Source: a virus (taxonomy: Duplodnaviria > Caudoviricetes). From it: 64,000 nt of DNA. Below, one piece after another: positions 27,582-36,083 of the stretch. Both the position numbers and the translations under genes were made by a program. The notes beneath the pieces were generated by a model. The model saw only the letters and a list, made by a program, of their open reading frames with translations. It made no database searches and was not told the DNA's origin. How positions within the stretch are numbered: the first letter of the stretch is position 1; each line of letters starts with the position of its first letter. The stretch covers positions 181,518 through 245,517 of IMG/VR virus record IMGVR_UViG_3300047321_000298, one strand, 5' to 3'.

Positions 27582-27808
27582 GCGATGCGCAGATTGAACT
27601 GCTGCTCCGTCTGATCCGGGCAGATCAGCAGTACCACGAGAAGAAAGAGGCTGGTGAGCCAGTCTCTCGTGACTATCGTGGTGTTGAGGTCGGACCGATC
27701 AACGGCGTAAATATGCGCACTGCTCAATGGCTGTGCGAACAGGGACTGGCCGAAATGATCGATCTGTTCGGCAACGGACGTAGCTGGATTTTTCTGGGGA
27801 AATATTGA
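27578..27808 (+). CDS. hypothetical protein
   Basis: GTGA overlap with the previous gene. Confidence 0.6.
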   Translation: MSDAQIELLLRLIRADQQYHEKKEAGEPVSRDYRGVEVGPINGVNMRTAQWLCEQGLAEMIDLFGNGRSWIFLGKY

Positions 27809-27813
27809 GGACC

Positions 27814-28026
27814 ATGAGCAGCACCGACCTGAAATATAGAAATGCCGCAGACGCGGTCGATGCGCTGGATGCGTATCTGGACGCACGTGCGGAGTACGAC
27901 GCGGCCAAGGCCCAGTGCGAAGAGAATCACGGCGTCGTGATCTACGATGTCATTCACAAGGAACAGGACGCGAAAGATGACGCGCGTGCGCGTCTGTACT
28001 ACGCCCTGCGTGCCGTTCAAGGATAA
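27814..28026 (+). CDS. hypothetical protein
   Basis: ATG 27814 with GAGG RBS. Confidence 0.6.
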   Translation: MSSTDLKYRNAADAVDALDAYLDARAEYDAAKAQCEENHGVVIYDVIHKEQDAKDDARARLYYALRAVQG

Positions 28027-28031
28027 GAACC

Positions 28032-28397
28032 ATGGCTGAAGTGATTGGACCCTGCAGCACACTGCCTGGCGCGTTGCATAAGGTACCGGCAGGCACGATG
28101 TGCGATAAGCATCACGATGTCCCAGCTACGCACCGGGTGCAGGGCGCAACTGATTCGTTTGGTGCTGAACTGAACGACAAGTGCCAAGCCTGCTACGACA
28201 AGTACAGGGCTGCGGTTGATGAGCACAAGGCCGAAGCCGCCACCGGCACCTGTGACTGGTGCCGAAGCCACGCAACCGATTTGCGGCCCCGTAGGGACTT
28301 CGAGGAAGGCATGTACGGGCGTGTGTACGATGTATGCGGGGCATGCGTCAAGAAAGAAAACGAACGGCTCCAAGACGAGCTAGACGACGATTACTGA
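28032..28397 (+). CDS. Cys-rich putative zinc-binding protein
   Basis: CDKH, CQAC, CDWC, CGAC pairs. Confidence 0.7.
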   Translation: MAEVIGPCSTLPGALHKVPAGTMCDKHHDVPATHRVQGATDSFGAELNDKCQACYDKYRAAVDEHKAEAATGTCDWCRSHATDLRPRRDFEEGMYGRVYDVCGACVKKENERLQDELDDDY

Positions 28398-28433
28398 TCA
28401 AGAGTTGTACGCGGTAAGCTGCACCCCAAGTTA

Positions 28434-28458
28434 AGCCCACTATTTGTGGGCTCTTTTT
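28434..28458 (+). terminator. intrinsic terminator
   Basis: agcccac-tattt-gtgggct-cttttt. Confidence 0.65.
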
Positions 28459-28468
28459 CGTTTTGTTG

Positions 28469-28496
28469 TTGACGGTTTGTGCAGACGGGGTATAAT
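28469..28496 (+). promoter_or_regulatory. early promoter/operator
   Basis: TTGACG-gtttgtgcagacgggg-TATAAT. Confidence 0.8.
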
Positions 28497-28533
28497 CGGT
28501 TTTGTGGCAGGACAAACGTAACGGGAGCGAAAA

Positions 28534-28740
28534 ATGACCATCAACAGAGTGACCCTTGAAAACGGCAACGTTCAGTTCGAAGACTACGCAGCGAGTTCCG
28601 CTGCTCCGTTTGTAGGCATGGCGATGGAACTGCCGATGTGCGCGAGCGGTTGGACCGTGGGGCGCTTTGAAGTGATCGGCGTGTCTCCGCACCCCGTGGA
28701 CGCAAACATGGTGGTAGCGGAAGCGAGGCGGGTGGCGTGA
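28534..28740 (+). CDS. hypothetical early protein
   Basis: GGAG RBS after the promoter. Confidence 0.65.
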   Translation: MTINRVTLENGNVQFEDYAASSAAPFVGMAMELPMCASGWTVGRFEVIGVSPHPVDANMVVAEARRVA

Positions 28741-28931
28741 TGCGCTACAGTGTGCGCGCGTACGAAAGTAGAGCGGCGGGTGAATCCGGCCGCTTTACGC
28801 CCCTTGACCGGTTCCAGACGGGCGATAGCCGAACGGCTGAACACGGAGCGCGTCAATTAGCAGATGGCTACGGCGCGGCTGTTATCGAAGATACTGAGAC
28901 CTGCAGTCGAACCTGGCTTACTCGGAGGTAG
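28737..28931 (+). CDS. hypothetical protein
   Basis: Overlapping start/stop. Confidence 0.6.
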   Translation: MMRYSVRAYESRAAGESGRFTPLDRFQTGDSRTAEHGARQLADGYGAAVIEDTETCSRTWLTRR

Positions 28932-28932
28932 C

Positions 28933-29208
28933 ATGGAAATAAAGGCATTCTGGCAATTCAACAAGGCCCTGGAGCAGGGGCCGTACGCGTGGCCCGGTGG
29001 CTACCCTACGTATTTCCTTTGTCGTGATGGTGAGGCGCTGTCTTTCAAGGCAGCACAGGATAACGCGGGGCTGATACGCGATGCGCTGATCACGAACGAC
29101 CGCAACTCAGAGTGGTTCGTTGTCGCGTTCGACGTGAACTGGGAAGACACCGATCTGATCTGCTCGCATACCGGCGAGAAAATTGAGTTTGCGTACGGCA
29201 ACGATTGA
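28933..29208 (+). CDS. hypothetical phage protein
   Basis: ATG 28933 with GGAGG RBS; YAWPGGYP motif. Confidence 0.75.
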   Translation: MEIKAFWQFNKALEQGPYAWPGGYPTYFLCRDGEALSFKAAQDNAGLIRDALITNDRNSEWFVVAFDVNWEDTDLICSHTGEKIEFAYGND

Positions 29209-29222
29209 TAGTTTGGTAAGAA

Positions 29223-29242
29223 GGGGGCCGAAAGGCTCTTTT
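29223..29242 (+). terminator. intrinsic terminator
   Basis: ggggcc-gaaa-ggctc-tttt. Confidence 0.55.
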
Positions 29243-29255
29243 CTTCGTTTTATTG

Positions 29256-29283
29256 TTGACGGTTTGTGCAGCAGGTGTATAAT
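29256..29283 (+). promoter_or_regulatory. early promoter/operator
   Basis: TTGACG-gtttgtgcagcaggtg-TATAAT. Confidence 0.8.
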
Positions 29284-29320
29284 CGATTCTGTTGGATGTG
29301 AAACGAACCCGGAGCTAGAG

Positions 29321-29593
29321 ATGGCGAAGAAGATTCTAAAAGCTGAAACCACGGTGGGCTGTTTTTCGCGGGCGTCAGAGACAGAGTACAAGTTCGTTAA
29401 GGTGTGGTCAGCGCCGCGCTTCGAACGGTATCGAGACACGCGCGCCAGTACCGGAAAGCCAGGACACTGGCATAAAAACAAGGGATTTGAAGTTACCTGG
29501 CATCAAACGCGCGATGCGGCGGAACGGGCGAAGTGCAAGTGGGTCAGTGATGCAGTGTGCGTCGGTATCTTTCCCGTGGAATCGATAGGCTGA
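29321..29593 (+). CDS. hypothetical early protein
   Basis: ATG 29321 with GGAG RBS. Confidence 0.65.
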   Translation: MAKKILKAETTVGCFSRASETEYKFVKVWSAPRFERYRDTRASTGKPGHWHKNKGFEVTWHQTRDAAERAKCKWVSDAVCVGIFPVESIG

Positions 29594-29672
29594 CAACCAA
29601 GTCGCCGCTCCCGGGTCAAACCCGGGGTCTCGCTGAAATCATTCAATAGCAAAGTACAGGATGGGGTAAATC

Positions 29673-29903
29673 ATGGTTCGATACATCATGCCAACGGCGC
29701 ACCAAAGAGAGATGATTCAGCGCTGCATTCGTTCGGGTATCCCGATGGCGGAAAAGTTCGAGTACCCCGACGGTGTCAAAACCAGTGTTGGATACATGGC
29801 GCTCACCTACGAGAAGCGCGGCAACTACCACTACCTCAACGGCAAGCGTGTCGCCCGCAATTTCGTGCTCGATGCAGGGCACCAAGGTTTGGTAGGCGAT
29901 TGA
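29673..29903 (+). CDS. hypothetical protein
   Basis: 76 aa, GGGG RBS. Confidence 0.6.
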   Translation: MVRYIMPTAHQREMIQRCIRSGIPMAEKFEYPDGVKTSVGYMALTYEKRGNYHYLNGKRVARNFVLDAGHQGLVGD

Positions 29904-29940
29904 ATACACGTTTCGCCCACACGGAAAAGGACATGATCAC

Positions 29941-30174
29941 ATGACGACCGACAAAGAGGCTCTGTTCAACTACCAGCTACTGGGCCGATTACAGCAGGAC
30001 TGTGAGTACTATCTAGGTCACGGTAACCGAGCGAAAAAGCACCTTTGGGCCGGTGATGAAGCTGAGCAAATCGCAAAAATGAAAGAAATTTACGAAGGGC
30101 TGAGCGAGAAACCGGAGTGGATTTCGCTTGAGAAAATTGCCGAGTACGAAGCGGCAATGACTGCGAGTCAGTAG
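29941..30174 (+). CDS. LPD11-like (large polyvalent protein-associated domain 11) protein
   Basis: FNYQLLGRLQQDCEYYLGHGNR.KKHLWAG...EQIAKMKEIY..L.EKPEW matches the LPD11 pattern as I recall it. Confidence 0.75.
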   Translation: MTTDKEALFNYQLLGRLQQDCEYYLGHGNRAKKHLWAGDEAEQIAKMKEIYEGLSEKPEWISLEKIAEYEAAMTASQ

Positions 30175-30219
30175 CCCCTTGGTGCAAGTCAGCAGCGACG
30201 ACTGGGCTGGTGGTAGCAG

Positions 30220-30240
30220 AAGGGGTCTAAGGCCCCTTTT
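30220..30240 (+). terminator. intrinsic terminator
   Basis: aagggg-tctaaggcc-cctttt stem-loop with T tail. Confidence 0.55.
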
Positions 30241-30252
30241 CTTCTGTTTATG

Positions 30253-30281
30253 TTGACGCTTTGTGCACAGGTCCGTATAAT
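30253..30281 (+). promoter_or_regulatory. early promoter/operator
   Basis: TTGACG-ctttgtgcacaggtccg-TATAAT. Confidence 0.8.
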
Positions 30282-30315
30282 CGTTCTTGTGGTTGAGACT
30301 TTCCTGGAGAACGCG

Positions 30316-30537
30316 ATGGACCGTTTCGTTGTGTTGGTTTTCGTTGGTGCTAGCGCTACCGTGATCGATGGCGAGCCGCTGATCTGCGACGGCTGCAGCG
30401 ATGAGGTAGAACTCGAAAACTGGGCTGTTGAGAAGTTCGCTAACGGCCGGGAAGTCTTCAACGTGGTTTGCGTTGCTAGCGAGCGGAACGCAATGGCGTA
30501 CATCGCGCGGTTTGGCTACGAGTTTGTTGCGGAGTGA
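30316..30537 (+). CDS. hypothetical early protein
   Basis: ATG 30316 with GGAG RBS. Confidence 0.65.
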   Translation: MDRFVVLVFVGASATVIDGEPLICDGCSDEVELENWAVEKFANGREVFNVVCVASERNAMAYIARFGYEFVAE

Positions 30538-30543
30538 AAAATC

Positions 30544-30750
30544 ATGGCACGTAAAGAGCCCCTGATGGTGCAGGTTAGCAGCAACGGTCAGGTGATCGGC
30601 AAGCTGACGACTCAAGAATTCATGGACTACGCGAAGAAGAACTTCGGCATCGGTAGCCAACGTTTCCTGGGCGACTACGTGAAGTGTTTCAACGAGGGCA
30701 AGGCACGGATAGGTGAGCCGGAACGCGTTGAACTGATCCTCAACAAGTGA
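30544..30750 (+). CDS. hypothetical protein
   Basis: GGAG RBS. Confidence 0.65.
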   Translation: MARKEPLMVQVSSNGQVIGKLTTQEFMDYAKKNFGIGSQRFLGDYVKCFNEGKARIGEPERVELILNK

Positions 30751-30768
30751 GCAGGTTCGGAGAACGAA

Positions 30769-30969
30769 GTGATCAAGCGTCCTGTTGGCGTTAGAAAGGC
30801 TCCTGAGCCGATCATGTGGTCGGTTGAGCATTTCGGCTACTTCCCGCCTGAGTATGGCCGTGAGGTGGCGGTGTTCTGGGACCAAGCTGCGGCCTATGCG
30901 TGCAGCGAAGAGCGCAACAAGTTTAACTACTGCACAGACGTTCAGGTCTATGCGTATGCGGATGAATAG
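30769..30969 (+). CDS. hypothetical protein
   Basis: GGAG RBS, GTG start. Confidence 0.6.
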   Translation: MIKRPVGVRKAPEPIMWSVEHFGYFPPEYGREVAVFWDQAAAYACSEERNKFNYCTDVQVYAYADE

Positions 30970-31015
30970 CGGACGTGTGTCGCGCTAACGATGATGAAAA
31001 AGGAAAGGGTGGGCG

Positions 31016-31222
31016 ATGGCACTAAAGGACGGCAATTATCTAGCCACGTGCAAGGAGAGGAACCCGTTGGCCGCTGCGGTGAACGGGCACCACCGCGTGT
31101 GGCCTAATGCTACGTGTGTGGTCAAGAGAGGATTCGCGAGATTCAAGCGCGACGGTGACGAAGTCTGGAGTTGCAACGCGACTTACGCGGAAGCGCACTT
31201 CAAGCTCGAACCACTCGACTGA
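31016..31222 (+). CDS. hypothetical protein
   Basis: 68-aa ORF in operon. Confidence 0.6.
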   Translation: MALKDGNYLATCKERNPLAAAVNGHHRVWPNATCVVKRGFARFKRDGDEVWSCNATYAEAHFKLEPLD

Positions 31223-31229
31223 TTTACTG

Positions 31230-31258
31230 TTGACGTTTTGTGCGTCGTTCTGTACAAT
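31230..31258 (+). promoter_or_regulatory. early promoter/operator
   Basis: TTGACG-ttttgtgcgtcgttctg-TACAAT. Confidence 0.8.
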
Positions 31259-31295
31259 GGGTTCTGTGGTGATCAGAAACGGACTGGAGAACGAG

Positions 31296-31499
31296 ATGGC
31301 ACTGACGGCAACTCAAACGACTGGCGGGAGGGCTCTTCCTCAGTTCGTGCTTGAAATCCTGGCAACGAGATTTTCCCCGGCTGAAATCAGCATCATTGAT
31401 CAGAACTGGAACCGATACAGCCAGATGTCTTTCAGCAATTCGTGTGCAGACGAATTCCTTCTCCAGGGCGACCTCATACTGATGCTTGAAAGGACTTGA
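31296..31499 (+). CDS. hypothetical early protein
   Basis: ATG 31296 with GGAG RBS. Confidence 0.6.
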   Translation: MALTATQTTGGRALPQFVLEILATRFSPAEISIIDQNWNRYSQMSFSNSCADEFLLQGDLILMLERT

Positions 31500-31711
31500 T
31501 CATGGCAAGGAACTGGTTCATGAGTGGGTGCGATAAGTTCGGCAACCCCGAGGGTCAACGGCAGAACATCACTGAGGTGGTGCTCGATACCGCTGGTGAA
31601 GAAGTTTTTGATGCGAACAGCGGTGAGCAGGAGATGGCTGCTCAGGCACTGGTCGAAAGCGCGTACGGCACGACCGCTGGCTACTGCAACGGCACCTACT
31701 GGACCGAGTGA
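31496..31711 (+). CDS. hypothetical protein
   Basis: Coupled ORF. Confidence 0.6.
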   Translation: MIMARNWFMSGCDKFGNPEGQRQNITEVVLDTAGEEVFDANSGEQEMAAQALVESAYGTTAGYCNGTYWTE

Positions 31712-31717
31712 GAAACT

Positions 31718-31945
31718 ATGACAGCGACTATTATTTTCCGGAACGGACAAGGCGGATTTGTTGAGGCGTTCGAGGCAATTCGCCTTGGCTACGACTACGA
31801 CGGCTATAACCTGTACGCTGGTGGCATCCGCCGTAACCCCATCGAAGTGGTGGAATGCACGGCTGTTGATGTAGCTGAGTCGTCCATTGACGGTGTGAGT
31901 TTCTTCCGTACAGAGACCGGCCGTGTGTACAAGACAATCCAGTGA
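31718..31945 (+). CDS. hypothetical protein
   Basis: 75 aa ORF ending before the bidirectional terminator. Confidence 0.6.
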   Translation: MTATIIFRNGQGGFVEAFEAIRLGYDYDGYNLYAGGIRRNPIEVVECTAVDVAESSIDGVSFFRTETGRVYKTIQ

Positions 31946-31962
31946 GTGGTGACAGAGCCAAG

Positions 31963-31993
31963 AAAAAGCCCGGAATCCCGGGCTTTGCTTTTT
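31963..31993. terminator. bidirectional terminator between convergent modules
   Basis: aaaaagcccgg-aat-cccgggcttt-gctttt. Confidence 0.7.
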
Positions 31994-31999
31994 GGTGAC

Positions 32000-32182
32000 C
32001 TACTGCGTTGCGTGCCAGTCAGCCGCTGTCAGTGACGGGCTCTCACCCGCGTCGAATTCACGGCGGAACCAATCCTCGTTGTCGTAGGGAACGTGCTTGG
32101 CTTCAAGCATGTCAATACCAAGCTTGGTCAGTTCGTGTGACACGGCCGATGCCCAATCATCAAAAGTGCGGTGTGCCGCCAT
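32000..32182 (-). CDS. hypothetical protein
   Basis: GGAG RBS, downstream of the ParE-like gene. Confidence 0.55.
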   Translation of the reverse strand: MAAHRTFDDWASAVSHELTKLGIDMLEAKHVPYDNEDWFRREFDAGESPSLTAADWHATQ

Positions 32183-32198
32183 ACGGGAGTCCTCCGGT

Positions 32199-32522
32199 CT
32201 ATCGGTCTTGGCGAGTGTCCCAGACGCGCAAAAGAGCTATCGCAGTCGGTTCCTCAGAGTACGGGGGTAGAACTTCATAGTGCAATTCATAGCGCCCCGC
32301 CAGACATACCCAGCGATGAACTTCGCGTGCGGGAGGTCCATCGTAGCCGTCAAGCTCTTCACCGAGTCGGTGGAAGTGATCTTGTCCAAGCCGATCTGCT
32401 TCATCGAGTAGAGCATTGACGATACGTCGGGCCGCTGCTCCATCGTTGAATTTTTTCACGTGGTCAGCGATCAGCGCCAGGTCGGACATGGCTTTAGAAG
32501 TAGGTAGGACCTTGACCTTCAC
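32199..32522 (-). CDS. ParE/RelE-family toxin
   Basis: MKVKVLPTSKAMSDL..IADH.......AA.R.......L ... YEL.Y......I.LLRVWDTRQDR. Confidence 0.85.
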   Translation of the reverse strand: MKVKVLPTSKAMSDLALIADHVKKFNDGAAARRIVNALLDEADRLGQDHFHRLGEELDGYDGPPAREVHRWVCLAGRYELHYEVLPPYSEEPTAIALLRVWDTRQDR

Positions 32523-32788
32523 GCTTCGGGCACCGGCTGTTCGTTATCGGTTCCAATGCTGTCGGCCCAGACGCGTGCCTGATCCATCGGGACGAATCGG
32601 CCCGCAGTCACATCGTCCAGTCCTTCCTGAATCAATCGACGCTTCTCCGCTTCTCGTGAGAGAAACTGGACCAGCGCTTTCTTGACGATCCACTGACGCG
32701 GCCGGTCAAGCAGCGCGGAGAGGGCGTCCACTTCCTGCGCTAGTTCGACCGGCACCTGAGCCGTGAGGGTTCGAGTTTCAGCAGTCAC
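32519..32788 (-). CDS. CopG/RHH-family antitoxin (ParD-like)
   Basis: TLTAQVPVELAQEVDAL...DRPRQWIVKKAL..L ... IQEGLDDV.AGR; overlaps the toxin start. Confidence 0.85.
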   Translation of the reverse strand: MTAETRTLTAQVPVELAQEVDALSALLDRPRQWIVKKALVQFLSREAEKRRLIQEGLDDVTAGRFVPMDQARVWADSIGTDNEQPVPEA

Positions 32789-32819
32789 AGGGGCCTCCTA
32801 TTGAAAACTAACTGAGTCT

Positions 32820-32848
32820 ATTGTAAATCAATAAACCCGTCACTTCAA
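32820..32848 (-). promoter_or_regulatory. sigma70 promoter of the ParDE-like operon
   Basis: Minus strand TTGAAG-17 bp-TACAAT upstream of an AGGAGG RBS. Confidence 0.65.
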
Positions 32849-32873
32849 GGAGACGCCACACGGATTTGAGGGC

Positions 32874-33467
32874 TCAGGCTGCGCTCTGTTGGCACGAACT
32901 GAGTTCCGCCTCCAGGGTTAAGAGTCGTTTTGATCGAGCTTTGAGCCGCTTAACGGGCGTCCCGAAATACATACCCCAAGGATCGAGAGACTTCGTCACC
33001 AACGACATCGCACCAACGGACGATCCTTCACCGATCCGACAGCCAGGCAGGATGACAGTGCCCGATCCGACAATGACGTGTCGTCCAAGTCGGACCGGCG
33101 CAACCTTCACATTCAAATACTGACGAGGTACGGTCGGGTTCGTGAGCGCCGCGCCAGAGTAATCGTCCGACACGCTATAGACACGCACACCCTGAGACAA
33201 TCCACAGAAGTCCTCCAGTTCGATGCCTCCACCACCGGCCATAAAGCACATACCTCCGATGTGCACGTATGAGCCGATGCGTATATGCCCGCTCGAAGCA
33301 GACAGGACACTGGGTCCGTCGATACGCACGTTACTCCCGAACGTCATGTTTTCGATGCCGACGACCGTACAGTTTTTCGCGACCCTAACGTTGCTGCCCA
33401 CGGAGGGCGAGCCGAACTGTTTCAATTCTTCTTCGGTCCAGTAGCCTGGATTGAGCGGGTTTTGCAT
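32874..33467 (-). CDS. hexapeptide-repeat (LbH) sugar acetyltransferase, VioB/O-antigen-type
   Basis: YWTEEELKQFG...VGSNVRVAK...DFCGLSQGVRVYSVSDDYSGAALTNPTVP...VIVGSGTVILPG..IGEGSSVGAMSLVTKSL. Confidence 0.85.
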   Translation of the reverse strand: MQNPLNPGYWTEEELKQFGSPSVGSNVRVAKNCTVVGIENMTFGSNVRIDGPSVLSASSGHIRIGSYVHIGGMCFMAGGGGIELEDFCGLSQGVRVYSVSDDYSGAALTNPTVPRQYLNVKVAPVRLGRHVIVGSGTVILPGCRIGEGSSVGAMSLVTKSLDPWGMYFGTPVKRLKARSKRLLTLEAELSSCQQSAA

Positions 33468-33680
33468 GTGAGTCCCTCGCGCGCCGGGGCGAGCTAAAAA
33501 GTGGATTTGCCTTCAGGCCGCCCGCAAACGACGACCCGATGCATCGCCTATACTAGCCAGTGAGGCGAGGAACGGTTTTCGCAAACAAAAGCAAAAAGCC
33601 GCGCCAATTCGATGCTTTGAATGAGCGCGGCAAGTCAGTGTTCGGCAAAACAGGCGGTACGGCTATTCAGCACTTAACGG

Positions 33681-33947
33681 CTACTCGCTCTCAAGTCGCG
33701 AGATTTCCTCATCCACTGTGGGTGGCGTAGGCAGACCGAGTTTTTTGCGTTCAGCGTCCACTGTCGGTCCGGTTCTTTCGTAGCCACCCAGCTTGATTTT
33801 GTGGCGCACAGCGCGCCCGTCAGGGAGCCACCCGTTGAACGCCCAATCGCTGCCATTGATGCGCCCATGCTTGCACAGGAATTCGTGCACCGCGAAAACG
33901 AGCTTCTCAAGCTCACGACTTTCACTTTCCGTGAAGCTGTCGAACAT
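33681..33947 (-). CDS. hypothetical protein
   Basis: ATG 33947 with GGGAG RBS. Confidence 0.6.
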   Translation of the reverse strand: MFDSFTESESRELEKLVFAVHEFLCKHGRINGSDWAFNGWLPDGRAVRHKIKLGGYERTGPTVDAERKKLGLPTPPTVDEEISRLESE

Positions 33948-34012
33948 TGATGACTCCCTCAGATTTGACATAAATCTAATTATCAACAATTGAACGAGCG
34001 TTCACTTTTCTG

Positions 34013-34234
34013 TCAAGGACCTGGCGCAGCAGCGGCCGGAAGCGTTGCTGTTCGCTTCACAATCTCGCCGTCCCGATACTCGAACCCGTTTTCATCCATC
34101 CACGTCTGCGCAGCCTGAATGATCGCGTCGTCCAACATGAGTCTCTCGACCTCGTTGGCGGAAAGGCGAACGCCGGTTCCTCGAAGGCCAGCGCGATAGA
34201 TGCGCGCGTGCGGATTGTCCTTTATCTCTTCCAT
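34013..34234 (-). CDS. hypothetical protein
   Basis: Coupled ORF in the minus-strand cluster. Confidence 0.6.
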   Translation of the reverse strand: MEEIKDNPHARIYRAGLRGTGVRLSANEVERLMLDDAIIQAAQTWMDENGFEYRDGEIVKRTATLPAAAAPGP

Positions 34235-34236
34235 TG

Positions 34237-34467
34237 CTATCCCTGTCGTATGTCTGTCAGGGTCAATGCTCGCAAACGATCATCGTCGTCGTATGGCGAC
34301 CCGTCCGTCAGCGCGCGCCATGAGATATAGACGCCATGAGCCATGCACCGCAGGACGTGTGCGCGTTCACCCTCAGCGGTTTCCGACGCCTGCTGCATCA
34401 ACCTCTTAATTTGTGTTTCCGCATTCCGGGTAATCTGCTGGTGTGTCCAGCGCGTTGGATTGCTCAT
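34237..34467 (-). CDS. hypothetical protein
   Basis: Coupled ORF. Confidence 0.6.
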   Translation of the reverse strand: MSNPTRWTHQQITRNAETQIKRLMQQASETAEGERAHVLRCMAHGVYISWRALTDGSPYDDDDRLRALTLTDIRQG

Positions 34468-34775
34468 CGCGTGTTAGCCGATTCCCCGGCTGGCGTCCAA
34501 CGCGGAGCCAACTGATCTTCGATGCGGGGGCGCTCTGTGAATCCAAGCCGAACCAAAAACTCGCGAACCTGTTCTTCGGTCTCGAACGGCCTAAAGTGTT
34601 GGGTGCCTGCGCTAAACCCCGGCTGGCAAATTTCGACCACAGGATAAGTACCAGACATCGCTTTGCGGCCGAACCGAAAAACTGCACCGGGTGCCGCGCG
34701 CTTGCCAACCTCGTCATTCATCGCGATCATCCAGCCGTCGATGGGTTCTGCGATAACCTTGGGACTGTCTTCCAT
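34464..34775 (-). CDS. hypothetical protein
   Basis: GGAG RBS. Confidence 0.65.
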   Translation of the reverse strand: MEDSPKVIAEPIDGWMIAMNDEVGKRAAPGAVFRFGRKAMSGTYPVVEICQPGFSAGTQHFRPFETEEQVREFLVRLGFTERPRIEDQLAPRWTPAGESANTR

Positions 34776-34809
34776 TCGTTAGTTCTCCACAATGTCGATG
34801 ACTGGTTGA

Positions 34810-35001
34810 TTAGAGTTTACCGCCGACAGGTGAATCGAGGATGGCGTTGATGTTTTCGATATCGCCAAGGCCCGACAACTTGATCAGCTTGGTGAGGTTT
34901 TGATACGAGACACTGATCGTCTGAGCTTCAACATCAATCTCGTTTTCGGCCACGATGTCTAGCACCAGTTCCTGCAGATCGGTTCTTCGCGGTGTGCTCA
35001 C
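34810..35001 (-). CDS. hypothetical protein
   Basis: GAGG RBS, GTG start. Confidence 0.55.
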   Translation of the reverse strand: MSTPRRTDLQELVLDIVAENEIDVEAQTISVSYQNLTKLIKLSGLGDIENINAILDSPVGGKL

Positions 35002-35057
35002 GTTAAGTCCTCATCAATGTAAATATCTGGCTTCTGCGTTTCGCCCGCAGCCGCCTG

Positions 35058-35285
35058 TTATTTCTTTTTGCCGTGCAGAATGAAAATACCGGGCGCTAGG
35101 TGCGTGATGTCCGGATCGGCCGGACCCTTTGCATAGCAGTGACCCGTTTGCGTGTCGAAGATAGCCCACCGCCGACCGCTCGAATACGCGTCTTTCCAGC
35201 GAAGCGCCGAATCGTAGTCCGTGAAAGTGTCCAAGCTGTCCAGGCATTCACCCGTACTCTCGTAAATCTTGACCTCGTAACCCAT
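35058..35285 (-). CDS. hypothetical protein
   Basis: ATG 35285 with AGGAG RBS. Confidence 0.6.
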   Translation of the reverse strand: MGYEVKIYESTGECLDSLDTFTDYDSALRWKDAYSSGRRWAIFDTQTGHCYAKGPADPDITHLAPGIFILHGKKK

Positions 35286-35298
35286 AACCGCCCCACTC

Positions 35299-35601
35299 CT
35301 AACTGTTCTGTACATCGTCTAGCGCTTGGACCGCATCGCTGAGGTCCGTCAGGTCCTCAATCTCATCGAGCGCTACGATTGCTGTATCGAGACTATCAAC
35401 CGCAGCTTCCGCTGTCTCCCCTCGCTGCCCTGCCCTCAAACTTTCCGGCATGTTATCGAGTGCTTCCTGCTCTTCATCTCGCACCGCTTCGAGTGTGGTT
35501 CGGATACTTTCGCCCTCCGCTTTCAGTTCTTCGATCAGCACCTTCAACGCTTCAAGACGCGAACGCTGCGTCTGGATGATTTTTCGTCTAGTGCCGTTCA
35601 T
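35299..35601 (-). CDS. coiled-coil phage protein
   Basis: MN..RRK.......LE.....EEQEALDNMPESL..G.RGE pattern seen in small phage proteins. Confidence 0.7.
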   Translation of the reverse strand: MNGTRRKIIQTQRSRLEALKVLIEELKAEGESIRTTLEAVRDEEQEALDNMPESLRAGQRGETAEAAVDSLDTAIVALDEIEDLTDLSDAVQALDDVQNS

Positions 35602-35605
35602 AGGA

Positions 35606-35848
35606 TTAGAGTTGAGCGCGTCCGGAATCCGTCAAGCGCACGGCTCTATACATGAGCCCCTGCCCTTTGGCGATAAAACAGCTAGGCGCGCTTGACTGCA
35701 CCTCTTCGTCGCTCACGAGTTCAGCGAGCCCCTTCGCCATGAGCGCATCGAGCGCCGATCCGTAGCACTCTCCATACGGGCTGAATGGTGCCTCTCCTAG
35801 CCACTGTAGCAACCGGCGTTCTGTGCTGTTCAGTTCGATCTGTGTCAT
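35606..35848 (-). CDS. putative winged-helix-like small protein
   Basis: ATG 35848 with GGAGG RBS; L...ERRLL..L ... L.AKGLAE ... VRLTDSGR. Confidence 0.55.
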   Translation of the reverse strand: MTQIELNSTERRLLQWLGEAPFSPYGECYGSALDALMAKGLAELVSDEEVQSSAPSCFIAKGQGLMYRAVRLTDSGRAQL

Positions 35849-35859
35849 CCGGCCTCCGC

Positions 35860-35894
35860 TTATGCACAGGGTTGTGCACCGAAATTGTGGACAA
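35860..35894. promoter_or_regulatory. DnaA-box-like sites (candidate origin region)
   Basis: TTATGCACA (35860-35868) fits TTWTNCACA; TGTGGACAA (35886-35894) has one mismatch; upstream of parA. Confidence 0.4.
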
Positions 35895-36083
35895 CCTCCA
35901 TCCCCTCTGCAAGCCGATTTTCTCTGCATTTGTGTGCGCGGTCGCGGGGCAGACAGTTAGTTGTGTTTTGCGGCAGTCGCCGAAAATTTCCCCAGCGCCC
36001 TGCCCTCCCCTACCGTCGATCCTTCATCCTAGTTCTAGCTTTCTCCCGCAAACCCAGGCTGGATAAGGCTTACCCAGGGAAAA

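Noticed and set aside
29617-29637. ccgggtcaaacccgg looks like a tRNA T-arm
   Set aside because: No acceptor, D or anticodon arms could be built around it; treated as a simple hairpin.
30013-30885. 290-aa minus-strand ORF (likewise 11477-12223, 13888-14766, 6462-7214 and other antisense ORFs)
   Set aside because: Antisense shadows of well-supported + strand genes, with no RBS or recognisable motifs.
24673-31258. Regularly recurring motif as a CRISPR array
   Set aside because: Copies are 0.5-1.7 kb apart, separated by genes, and carry -35/-10 boxes; no cas operon (the nuclease at 61663 is an ordinary phage exonuclease).
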